A stretch of 63,887 bases of DNA, counting the filler, from Folioceros fuciformis (Eukaryota), in assembly GCA_049999805.1 (NCBI GenBank). It is 11 parts of 11 records of this genome, joined end to end, with 100 filler letters (N's around TTAATTAATTAA, not from the genome) between each part and the next. Parts side by side here need not be neighbours in the genome. Positions count along the whole stretch, not along the records: positions 15,365 to 25,214 come from JBNGIO010003145.1; positions 25,315 to 29,292 come from JBNGIO010003146.1; positions 29,393 to 41,486 come from JBNGIO010003148.1; 8 more parts are not named here. One strand, written 5' to 3'. Made by a program: the position numbers and the translations under genes. The notes beneath the pieces were generated by a model. That model worked only from the letters and a program-made list of their open reading frames with translations, was not told the origin of the DNA and ran no database searches. Below, one piece after another: positions 24,057 through 35,100 of this stretch; position 1 is the stretch's first letter; every line of letters starts with the position of its first letter.

Positions 24057-25214
24057 TGTGGACTCCACATGCTGAACAGGTCCCTGGAAAATGGTAGGAT
24101 TTTTTTTTTTTGGAATCTTTGAGTGAATCCTATAGTGAAATAGTTAGAAGATTAGGTTAGATTAGTAGCTAGATTAATGGTGAGTCGATAGGGTCTAGGA
24201 GGGTATGTGGTAGATAGGACACGGGCTCCAGTTCCTCAAGATAAGGTAACAGAGGAACAGGAACCCTAGAATGGGTCATGGGAGGTGAGCCGGGGTTGCC
24301 TCTGGCTGATGCTTGTGGAAGCGGGAGACGGGGATAGAGGTGCCTGGTGCCGAGGGCCTGAGAGCAGGCGGTCACGCAGGAGGGCCTAAGGTTGTGGGAG
24401 CATCAGATTTGGGAAAAGCTAGCCAACCAGATGGCTAGGCTAGGGGGAGCATTGACTCAGGGTAAGATGGCTAGGCTAGATGGCTAGGCTAGGGGGAGCA
24501 TTGACTCAGGGTAAGATGGCTAGGCTAGGGGGAGCATTGACTCAGGGTAAGTAGGCTGGAGGATAGCCGAATCAGGAATGGGCCGGCTGTTCGGCTAGCC
24601 ACTCTGATCGGCTAACTTGACCTGGGCTGAGGACGGGCCTGGCCGGCGGGACGCAGTCGGAGTAGGGCGGCGCGAGGTTGGTCAACTATGCATGCAGAGC
24701 CAGCCAGCTGGGAACGGTTGGGAGCAACAGCTGGGTGCAGACGGGTTGGTCGGGCAGTTCGTTGGTGGGCTGGCATCCAGGGGGTGGTTGCAGAAGACAG
24801 ACCCAGGCGGAGGACAGATCGGTGGCTGGAGCCAAGACTCACGCCGATGGTCTGGCTGCCTAGCCAATAACAGGTGGCGGTTGCGTAGACCGAGGGCCGG
24901 GAGCCAGACGGCTTGGCGGGTCTCGGCTAGACACGACATCCAGCCCGGTTGAAGTAGGCTATGTCGGGCAGGGGTTGCGCTGGACCCAAGTCGGCAGGGC
25001 GTTGGGGCCCGGATAGCCATTGTTGGCCAACCAAGATCGCGAAGAGGGTGACTGGTCGGAGCTGGGCAGAGCAACCTCGCTGGCTGTCTCAGCCAGGCAC
25101 TCGCCTGGCCTGCTAGCAGTCGGGATTGGGTCGGGCCGGCTACAGCTGATCCAGCCTGGTGTGGTCGGGCTGGGCGGGCTGGCTGACGGGGATCCTGGAG
25201 GTCTATTCCTGGCC
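24057..25214. mobile_element. Second LTR-type insertion interrupting the protease; truncated by gap
   Basis: Begins TGTGGACTCCACATG...TCCCTGGAAAATGGTA..T-run, clearly similar to the start of the PBS-confirmed LTR at 62358. It cuts the protease frame at 24056. Confidence 0.6.
24429..24551. repeat. 36-bp tandem repeat x3 (plus a 13-bp partial copy)
   Basis: Unit agatggctaggctagggggagcattgactcagggta is repeated identically. Confidence 0.9.
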
Positions 25215-25314
25215 NNNNNNNNNNNNNNNNNNNNNNNNNNNNNNNNNNNNNNNNNNNNTTAATTAATTAANNNNNNNNNNNNNNNNNNNNNNNNNNNNNN
25301 NNNNNNNNNNNNNN

Positions 25315-27933
25315 ATCAGACAAATCTGGCGGCACAGGAATAGGAGCTGGAGGATCTGCAGTAGGAGGTTGCTGCTGCAAATCAGCAGGAACATCTAGAG
25401 GAGCCAAGACCTGGTCAGGTAATTGTGGCAGGTCTTGCTGTTCAGGAGCTTGTTCATGATTGTTAAGCTCATGCTGTGCTTCCCCCCCTGCAGGAGCAAC
25501 CTCCTCAAGATCATGATCAGGGAATGTGGTAACAGCAGGTAACAAGGAAAAATCAATGTTCGAAGGAGACCCCCCCTCAGGAGGAACTGCTCCCACTGGC
25601 TGCCAAAAGTGATCTTCATCAAAAGTGATGCTGCGAGCATAGATAACTTGATTACGAGGTACGTCATATAGCTTGTATGCCTTAATACCCTCAGTGTACC
25701 CAAGCATAAGAAGCTTGAGGGCTTTAGCAGCTAACTTGGTTCTTTTCTTCTTAGGGATGAAGGCATAAGCAATGCAGCCAAAGGTACGAAGATGAAGAAT
25801 GGCTGGCTTCCGTCCATAGAAGGCTTCATAAGGTGTTTGGCCAATTACAGGAGTGGTAGGTAATCTGTTGCGAAGATACACAGCTGTCATAAGGGCTTCA
25901 GCCCAGTAACATAGAGGTAAGGAGGCTTGATGAAGGAGGGAGGAGACCATCTCCTGAAGAACCAGGTTTTGGTGCTCAGCAACTCCATTTTGCTGAGGTG
26001 TGTAAACAACTGTAAGTTGTCTCCCAATACCTTCATCTCTACAATATGCCTGAAACTCTCCAGAGGTAAACTCTCCACCATTCTCAGAACGGAGGGTTTT
26101 AAGTTGTTTTCCAGTCCAACGTTCTACAAGTTTCAGGTAATCCTTAAACAGAGAAAAGCCTTCATTCTTAGCTTTCAGAATGTAAGCCATAACAAATCTT
26201 GTTTTGTCATCTGTGAAGGTGAGAAAGTATTTGCCTCCTCCAATGGAGGGCTGAGAAAGAGGCCCACATATGTCAGTGTGAACAAGTTCAAGAACATCCG
26301 AAGCCCTATGAGGAGTCTTGTTCTTGAAAGCTGCTTGATGGCGTTTAGAGAGGACACATGCCTCACATAACGGTAAGAGTGGCAACCTACCAATCTGGCC
26401 ATCAGCATACAGATCACTAAGAGCAAGTTTCTGCAACTTTGCGCTGTGAGGGTGACCTAACCTATTGTGCCATAGTACAGCTTTGGCTTCTTGCTTAGCA
26501 ACTGTCTCTGGAGATTGTGAAGCAAGTGTAGCCTTAGCATCACTAATGTGAGTATGTAACCTGAACAGGTCACTATCTGAAGAACCATATGCCAAAACCT
26601 TACGAGGGTCAAAGGCATCAATGATCCTACATTCTATTGGGGTAAACAAGATGTGTGTATTGTTATCCTGATTGAGTTTTCTAACAGAAATGAGGTTCCT
26701 GGTCATTTCAGGAACGTGATACACATCTGTGAGCACAAGTGTGCCTCCAGAGGGAACAGGAAGCTTGACTGTCCCAATGCCTGGACACACAAGTTTGCTA
26801 TCATCACCCAGGTAGACAAAACGATCTGTTACTGGTTTGTATGTGATGAAGGCATTTCTATCTATGCTAATGTGCGCAGTTGCACCAGTATCAAGGTACC
26901 ATTCACTAACTGGTTTGCCTTGTGTATTCATAGATAGACAAGTGGGATTGATAAGGGGAGGAGTAAACTTCCTGGTAAGAACAGTAAGGGCTGACGGCGA
27001 GCCGTGCTTTGTAACAACAATAGGTGTCTGGGATGCTGAGTTAACCTCCTTGCGAGGAACTCCAGCCATCTTCTTACGACACTCATTCTCCCAATGGCCG
27101 GGAGTCTGGCACCAATGGCACTTCCCTACCTTTTTGGGCTTCTTTGGTGCAGTAGCTTCCTGTGAGCTGCCAGCACCAAAAGAGGTATTTTGCCTACCTC
27201 TGAAATTTGGCTTCTTCTTGCCTTTGTTGTTGTTAATGTATAGGGCTTGCTGTTTTCCAGGGCGTTTAAACTGTCCCCTAGTGACTTCCTCTTGAAGAAG
27301 TGCACTTAAAAACTCTGAGAAGGAGGTCTTGGGGAGGTCAACTCCAGCAGCCTTTGCAATCTTGCGACCCTGAAGCTGTGAAGTGTTGTAGGAGGTAACA
27401 AAATGTTGCCATGACTCTGGCAGAGTCATCATAAAGTGCAAAATCAAAGCTGAGTCATTCAAACTTTCTTGTGCTGCACTTTCCAGTTTAGAGACAAGAG
27501 ATCTGAAAACAGTTAGATGTTTCTCAATTGAATCTCCTTCTCTCATGCGCAAGGTCTGAATATCACGGAGGGCAGTCAGCTGAGATGTTTCATCCGTTCC
27601 AGCATACAGGTCTTGAAGCCGCATCCATATCTCGGCAGAGGTTCTGCAACCAGCAGTCTGTCTCAACATATCAGTCGTCAGACCACTCCGGATAAGGTAC
27701 TGTGCTGCTTCATCTTTAACGACCCAAGCGTCCTGTGCCTTTTTCTCGTCAGATGAAGGCATGGTTCCAGGAGGCACTGTAGCTGGAAACTTAATGTCCC
27801 CAGTTGCCCATTTCCATAATAGTTTGTTTTGTAATGCTCCTCTCATTCTAATGACCCAAATGTCATAGTCAGACCCCCCAAACCTGTTCTTTTCCCTAAA
27901 CCCCTCACCCGCTAGATTAGCAACGTCACCCAT
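25315..27933 (-). CDS. Copia gag-protease-integrase polyprotein (open up to the gap)
   Basis: Uninterrupted ~870-codon frame with the canonical Copia domain order. The second integrase Asp reads SENGGEF rather than SDNGGEF. Confidence 0.9.
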
Positions 27934-28086
27934 GTGTGAAGCTGTTGTTAGCCCTCCTCACTGTGAGGATTTTATGGGTAAAGTGTTAATGCACCTGTCT
28001 AACCTGCCCTGTGCAGATTAACAGGCTGAAGGATCTAGGGTTGTTCAGAATGCATCAGCATAAAGCTGCAAACTGCAGCTTCCACA

Positions 28087-28665
28087 TTACAGAGGTAGGA
28101 CAGGGTCAAGTTGCTGATCAGCAACATGTAGATTGACCAACTGTCTTTCTGTAATGTTCCTTATGTTCTGGTCTCTAATTTCCCAGCGATTGAAGGCATA
28201 GGTTGAGCATGACGGACATGAGTTTGGGTAATCAAACTTATAGTGCTTGTTGCGTTTGCCTGCTGACTTACATGATGTGCCTCTTGTGGCAGGGTTAGCA
28301 AGGAGAGCAGGCTTTAGCAAGGCAAGTAGTTTAAAATCCAAGTGTCCTATGTGCTCAAGAAGACTCCGTAAGTCAACCGCAATCGCAGCAAGCTTCTGAC
28401 TTATATTTTGAAAGCGCCTATCAACATATTGCTGATGTGCCTCCAGTCTAGAAGCTAATTGTGTTGCGCTTGTGTGCGGTGCAGGGTTTGTGGTCAGAAA
28501 CCCCCTAGGGTTAGCATTTCCACCAAAGCCGTGATCTGCCGCTAGTCTTCTGGCTGCATTCAGTTGCGCACCAGGAGCTCTTCGCCGATGCCGTTGATTC
28601 TGTAGAGGTTCCTCAAAGGGAAATGGAAATTCTGGCAATTGTTGCCTTTCCAGAAGATTGGCCAT
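28087..28665 (-). CDS. Extra 5' ORF (192 aa) upstream of Copia gag; coiled-coil-like centre and CxxC near the C-terminus
   Basis: ATG-started intact ORF between PBS and gag on the element's sense strand; heptad-like segment LASRLEAHQQYVDRRFQNISQKLAAIAVDLRSLLEHIGHL. Confidence 0.55.
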   Translation of the reverse strand: MANLLERQQLPEFPFPFEEPLQNQRHRRRAPGAQLNAARRLAADHGFGGNANPRGFLTTNPAPHTSATQLASRLEAHQQYVDRRFQNISQKLAAIAVDLRSLLEHIGHLDFKLLALLKPALLANPATRGTSCKSAGKRNKHYKFDYPNSCPSCSTYAFNRWEIRDQNIRNITERQLVNLHVADQQLDPVLPL

Positions 28666-29906
28666 TCATTTGGCCAGAAGTTTTGTATTTACATAGTTTT
28701 CAAAAAAAAAACATTTCATAATTCACATCTTGACTTTGTGTATAAATTGTGAGCATTTCTATCAAATGTTCTAATGCAACTGGTATTAAATTGCATTGAA
28801 GCAATGTAACAACAGAAACATCAAACACATCTTCAAGAAAAGACACTAATTATAAACACGAATCAAGAAAGAAAAGTATAAAACGGTTTCTTGAAAAGCC
28901 TGTGTATTTTCTTATTAGAAACCATTTTCTAATAAAGACAGCAAACACAAACCATAGATTTATGCACATCAGAATGTGCACAATTTTAATGTGCATTCCT
29001 GAGAATGCAACTTACACCTAACATGGCTCTGATACCATGACAAAATTAATAAGAAGGTGTAAATCAATTACATTTAAGTAATTACATCATTATTTATTAT
29101 CAAGAAGAAGTAAGTTAATTAAGAAACCAACTAGACTTAAACTAGCTGTTGAAAGGACATGACCTTTAGCTAGAGACACAACCCTAGCGAAGCGACAAGT
29201 AGCTAAAATGAAAACCATATCCCTATTCACACTAGCTACATATGAAACGAAACCCTAAGCAATGATTCAATACACTATCTTCCATTAGTTTGNNNNNNNN
29301 NNNNNNNNNNNNNNNNNNNNNNNNNNNNNNNNNNNNTTAATTAATTAANNNNNNNNNNNNNNNNNNNNNNNNNNNNNNNNNNNNNNNNNNNNAGGCGAGC
29401 GCGAAGGCGAGCAGGTCGAACCAGACACGCTTCATCCTGGCGCAGACGGCGTCGGCGGGAGGGAAGGATTGAGGCGAGCGAGAGGCAGCAGACGCGGACT
29501 GTTGGCCTGCTGGCCGGTACGCTACGCTGCCGCACACTACGCAGCGAGGCGATCGGCGGCGTGGCGCTTCGCTCGGGGCCCAAAAGGCGTGGCGGAAGTG
29601 CGGGACCCGCTTCTGCTCTCAGTGCGTTGCCATTGGCATGGCATTGGCAGTGTGGCAGGGGCAACTTGGCAAGGCACAGGAAAGGGGGGGAGGAGGACGA
29701 ACCTGAAATATGTTCTAAAACAATAATAATATTTTTGAAAAATGTTACCGCGAGCGAGGGATGAGCGACCGTTCTGGGACAGCTGAACGGGACACCTCCA
29801 TAGACGGGCCACGATGCCATGGAACCTTTCTGTGGACTACTGGAAAGGCTGGGCCGGGAAGGCCAGCCGTCCAAGCAACTCCAAGCCTAAAGCAAAGGCG
29901 ATGCAA

Positions 29907-30915
29907 AATAGGAATTCCCTTGACGAAGGGAAGCGGTGCATTCAGTGCTATCACGTGTCTAAAGCTGCTTGTTGGAGCCCGCATGCCGCCTCTTGCCTGC
30001 CCATTGGCCGATCTTGCATCTTCTCTAACCATTCTTGGCCCTGCGAATCGAGGAGGATTGTTGACAAGCTGCATCAACAAATCTTTGTTAGCCTTGTCCC
30101 CTCTCTGCCATTACTGTTTGTCCACGCGTGCCCAGGATCATGGCTGACGCAGTTGCTCTCATAATTTTCCTTTTTTTCCTTCCTTTGTCGTCCAGCATAA
30201 ACTTTATAAAGACAAAACAAGTTCGTACTGAGAGCCTGAGCGGGGAGATCCAGCGAAGGCTAGGAATGAAGTACGTTGACCCTCTTGAAGTGGGCTCCCG
30301 GGCTCCCTAACGGCATTGGCAGCATACTGGTTCTGCTTCTGCATCTTCGTCTTCTTCTTCTCTCTGCAGATGGGCTGATAGTATATATCATGTCATCAGC
30401 TCGCAAGTAAGCCTGCTTTCTTTTCACTTCCTCCTCTGCTTCAAGCACAGCATCTTGATTCATGAAGACTAAGTCCATCTCCTTCTACCTTGCCAAAAAA
30501 CTGGTTAGTCGATTCTCTTTTGCTTCGTCATATCTTGGGTTGGGACAGCTGGATAGGAGACCTACTGTATGTAGATAGATGCCTCGGATGTGATGTATGT
30601 ATGTAACTTTTTGTGTGTTCTGGAAAGGCCAGGAAAGGGTTGGGTTGCAAGACTCGCACGGAAAGGCGAGGAAGAATAGGAATATCCTTCATGAAGGAAG
30701 GGGCGCACTGAGCGCTGTCACGTGTTTAAAGCAGCTGGCGAGAGCCCGGATGCCGACTCTTGGCGTACTTTGCAGCTTCTCTGACAAGGCCTGGCTGGCC
30801 CTGTAAATCGGGGAGGCTTGTTTGCACGCTGCACGCAACAAATCTTTGTTAGCCTTGTCTCCTGTGTGCCATTAATGCATTTTCACGCGTGCCCATGATA
30901 ATGGCCGTCACAGTT
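29907..30915. repeat. Diverged direct duplication of a ~245-bp segment (29907-30154 and 30675-30915)
   Basis: Shared collinear blocks aataggaat, tcacgtgt.taaagc, gagcccg.atgccg, caacaaatctttgttagccttgtc, tgccatta and cacgcgtgccca. Confidence 0.8.
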
Positions 30916-32113
30916 TCGCCCCTTCAGAGTTCACTTTTCAGGGCTCAAAGGATGTGGGTACAGTATCTCCATTCCTCTTGCTCAACTGCCCGTTGTAAGA
31001 GTCCATAGATTCAGCTTGAAGATAATGCCGTTCCAAGAGTTCTGGACACTGCTGATCACTGGCCGGAATTAGAAACACTTTGCTCTGGGCCGGAGCCGAT
31101 GAGATGTGTGAAATAGGATGAAGGCTGTTTCCCTAGCGTAATCGCCTTACAACCAGGCACGAAAGTACATACACACTCTCCCGACACCCATGCCCTGGGC
31201 CTAGGTAGCGTGTGAAACTTGTTGTCCCACACACGGCAGACCGGGAGGTGTTGTGGATGATGGACACTAGTTTTCATGGGGCACTGGTAGACTTCTTCCT
31301 TGCTAATGTTCGAGTGCGTCCAAGGAAAAGAGACTTGACTGGCACGTATCAGTGGGGTTCATGGACTACACCATGGTGAACTAAGCCGTGCGAGACCAGC
31401 CAACTGTTGTTGCGGCTGCAAGATGTGACACTTAAGCCAGAGCACAAGTCATCTGACGAGAAGTCTGTTGTCGGACAGCGCAACTTGAGACTCTCGTGAA
31501 TGCATATCCACTTCCCATGTTCGAGGTAGGGTCCAACCCTTTCTAGGGCTGTAGCGAGAGGTAGGGTTTGCGCCAGCCAGGGGAAGATCTGATCAGGCAC
31601 TCCATGAGTAGCAGCCTCGCTTTCCTCCTACCCAGCGACAGCGTTGGAGTTGAGACACATCCTACTGTCCGACTTGCTGCCGGCTAAAAGTTGCATAAGC
31701 TGCTTCATGAAAGCGAACAGAGTTCGCCTGAACGTGTGTCTCCACAGCGAAATTGGCAAGGGATCATCAGCGAAGTAGAACGCATTGCAAGTCAAGGATG
31801 CCAGCGCGACGGAAGGCGATAGGTCGGTACGAGGTCTTCGGAAGTTGGAAAGCGCGTGAGATCACAGTTCAAACATCCCTGCTCAAGACATCACATCATC
31901 GGGTGGGTTTACAGACAAACTAGGCACTGGAAAGTGATAGAAGCTTGCACTATGGAAACATAAAAAATGTGCTTCGACACTGATGTTATGGTACAATTCA
32001 TCACCACCTGGGATAGGGCTAGTCTTGCCCACGCCGGGCCACGCCCCTAAGGGCCCCAATTCGAGCCGGACCCAGTCCTTGTGTACATGTGGTCAGTAAT
32101 AGCCAAGCGTGCA

Positions 32114-35100
32114 TCACGCTGCTCCGTGTCGCAATTCAACGAAGACAGCAACAGTCCGAGCTGGAACCTCGAAAACACCTATGTCGGGATCAAAAGCCGA
32201 CGTTCGTACCACAAGATCGTGTGACGACATCTGCAGCACAGATCGTCTGATTCAGATGACAAAACAGCTGGATAGACTCAGGGAGCCCCCACTCATGTTG
32301 TCATCATTTTTTTATTTAAGTTACCTGTACGGGATGAAGGGTAAGCCCAAGTCCTTTCAGCTCTGGCACGTCAGATACGAGTTTGCTTGGACGGGCATTG
32401 AAGATCACCACGATTCGACGGTAACTGCCAGCCAGGAAGCGGGATTAGGTGTTGCAGACGAACATGAATTGTCTCACAAGGGAACCCCATCGATGGAGGA
32501 CGCAGATGAAGTACTGACTTGCTGTCAAGTTGCGGCAGCCCAGATTGTCCATGGTTTCCATCTTCCAGGAGCATTACTATGGCACCCAGAGCTTTACCTT
32601 TTCCTTTGTTGAGGAATTTAAGTCTTGCCTGCATACGACATGTTCCCGAGTGACCACAATCTCCTTTCATACGAAATATCATTGCTGTGCAGTGAGCAAT
32701 ACCTGTACGGCAGCTGCAGTCCTCAGTCGAAAGAGGGGAGAGGAGAAACGAATTCTCAGGAGTTCTTTGAAGTTTTCTAAGGCGGCCAAAATATGTTGCT
32801 TGGTTGGCTTGAGAGCGGGATCAGCCAGTAGCTTACGCATTCTGCAAGCCTTATCCAGTTACACACAAGCTTGAGGAAGGAACTGCTCTCACACCAGACA
32901 GAAGACGCTTACATATGCCACTTGCTCCCATTCTTGCTCTTCGGAGGCAGGCCAACGCCGAAATTGTTTGTTGCATACGTGAAATCCAGCCTGTGTGCAC
33001 AAGTCAGGATCCAGATGGAATTTGTGCGACACTAAACGGAAGCTTTGCTCACTCGGCCATGTAGATGCTTACTTGTTGAACCAGTCTCCCGAATTGTAAG
33101 AATCTCTATCCAAAGACTTGGACCGTAAGATTTCATCACCGGCATGAAAGAATGGTACGCCCTGCGCGAAAGCTTGAAGCCCTGAGTACATGCACAACTA
33201 CTTTACGTACACAGACGAAGGGAAGAGATTGAAACCTGTGCCAGGGCCACAATGGCCGAAGCTAGATGGTTGATGCGGCATCTCTGCCCGAGTGACACAT
33301 CGCTGGCTGACTGCACGTCCGCACAAGAATCATCAGCAAGAGCACTATCAGCAAGAGTGAGAATATCAGAGTGGTCGGCACTGGACGAACTTACTTTCAG
33401 CATGATGATATCAAAAAGCGTTTCATTGTCATGGGCTGAGACGTAGTTCACCTGCCAATCAAACCATATCAGGTTCACCATCGTATCTCGCGGATATTAG
33501 TCTGCACCTCTTGACATCAACCCTCACCAGCTCTTCAGGACTCTCGGCATATGCCACTGGCACTCCATCGTGGGTGAGAACTTGAGACCCATGCACCTGC
33601 GAACGGAGTTGAACGGTAAAACTGACAAACGGGCAGGCTCTAACATATTCGACACTTCATGAACAACGCTGCCATCATACCTCCACGCCATTGTGACTTG
33701 TGAACGAATAATCCCGCAAATTGCCGGCAAGCCCTAGCTGCAACCAGTACCGCGTTGTTGCTATGTTTAGGCCGCACAGATAGCATTACCCAGATGTATG
33801 GTGCACAATGCCCATCCAAGTTACTAGCATGCCCAGCATTGCGGACACACATGATTAGCATGTACAGAATAAGATGGATAGACTCTTACTTCAATCCAGT
33901 CGGTTGTTGCAGCTAGAGAATTGGCCATGGCTGTCTCATCTCCTTGATCGAGTTCGTTTGGCTGCAAATTACGCACAAGGGCATAGCCACAACTGTTGGA
34001 TATCGTCCTTTTTGTACAAAATAGATTAGGATACTCAAAACACTCACCTGAAGCAATAGACCTGTCAGAAATCCTTGTTGCAGGGGATCACCAAAGGGCG
34101 AACCACCTAGTGCTGTGTCTCGGATCCGATCATTGAAACTGCGAATAGCGCAAGATAGCCCCCAATGATGTTGTGATGCACTGCTTCCAGCAAGACCCCT
34201 TCACAGCTTGGATACCAATTCTAGAAAGAGCAGAAAGAAAATACCTCCCAATCCCTGTGCCAGCGAGATTATGCTGTGCAGCATTGACTCCTCGACCATT
34301 GTTAGCTACCTCTCCAAAGTTCCAGCCTTCCCCGTAGCTGTAAAACACGGGTCAGATGACGAGACAAGACTCAGACGCTGGTTCAGTTAGGTTTCACGAT
34401 GTGAAAGACCTCAGGTCTGACTAAAGCAAAGCAATGAGAACATAGTAAGGCACGTCATCTCAGTGCTTTCTGGTCTGTATGCTTCACAGATCTCGAAAGG
34501 CCCATGCGTGGAGACTTACAGATAGATCTTCGAGCCATCAACTCCATTCTCTTCCACAGTTAAGCTCCTCAGAAGCTTCTTGGCACGAACCTGATCAGGG
34601 GTCCCAGGGCACACATCATGGACCAGACTCTACCACCACTTTGTCCATGGAAAAAAGCAAAAGAACATGAATCTTTGTCATACCATCGTCCTCTTCATGA
34701 TGTGTCCCATCAAATCAAACCGAAATCCATCTACCTGTCCAGACAGTCATGAGGTTGGATACATGAATTTCTCGAAAACAGCACTGCCTTGGCCTTGTGC
34801 CTATGAAAAAGATCGAATTTCATTACCTTGTAGTTTTTAGCCCAATGCACAAGGTCGTCAACTATGAGCCGATCCACCATGTAATGCTCGCTTGCTGTGT
34901 TATTCACACAAGTGCTGTTCTCTATTGCACCATCCTTGTTGCGCCTCAAGTAGTAACCAGGTACAACCTGCAGGCAGACAACTTACAAATGTTTAACATA
35001 ATGGTTCAGAACAATCTCCTTTCTGACCAGTGATGAACCACGTACCTTGTCAAGCCCTGAGTAGTTGTCTTTCGGTCCGCTAGCATGCAAATGATTGTAT

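Larger units (their letters stand above)
25315..29292 (-). mobile_element. Ty1/Copia element, 5' half (LTR 29038-29292+, PBS 29026-29037, ORF0, open gag-PR-IN); both ends lost in gaps
   Basis: GCTCTGATACCA is the reverse complement of the iMet PBS and abuts TG on the plus strand. ORF 27933-25315 has CHWCQTPGHWENEC, WYLDTGATAH, LWHNRLGH...CEAC, LELVHTDICGP and QQNGVAE. Confidence 0.93.
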
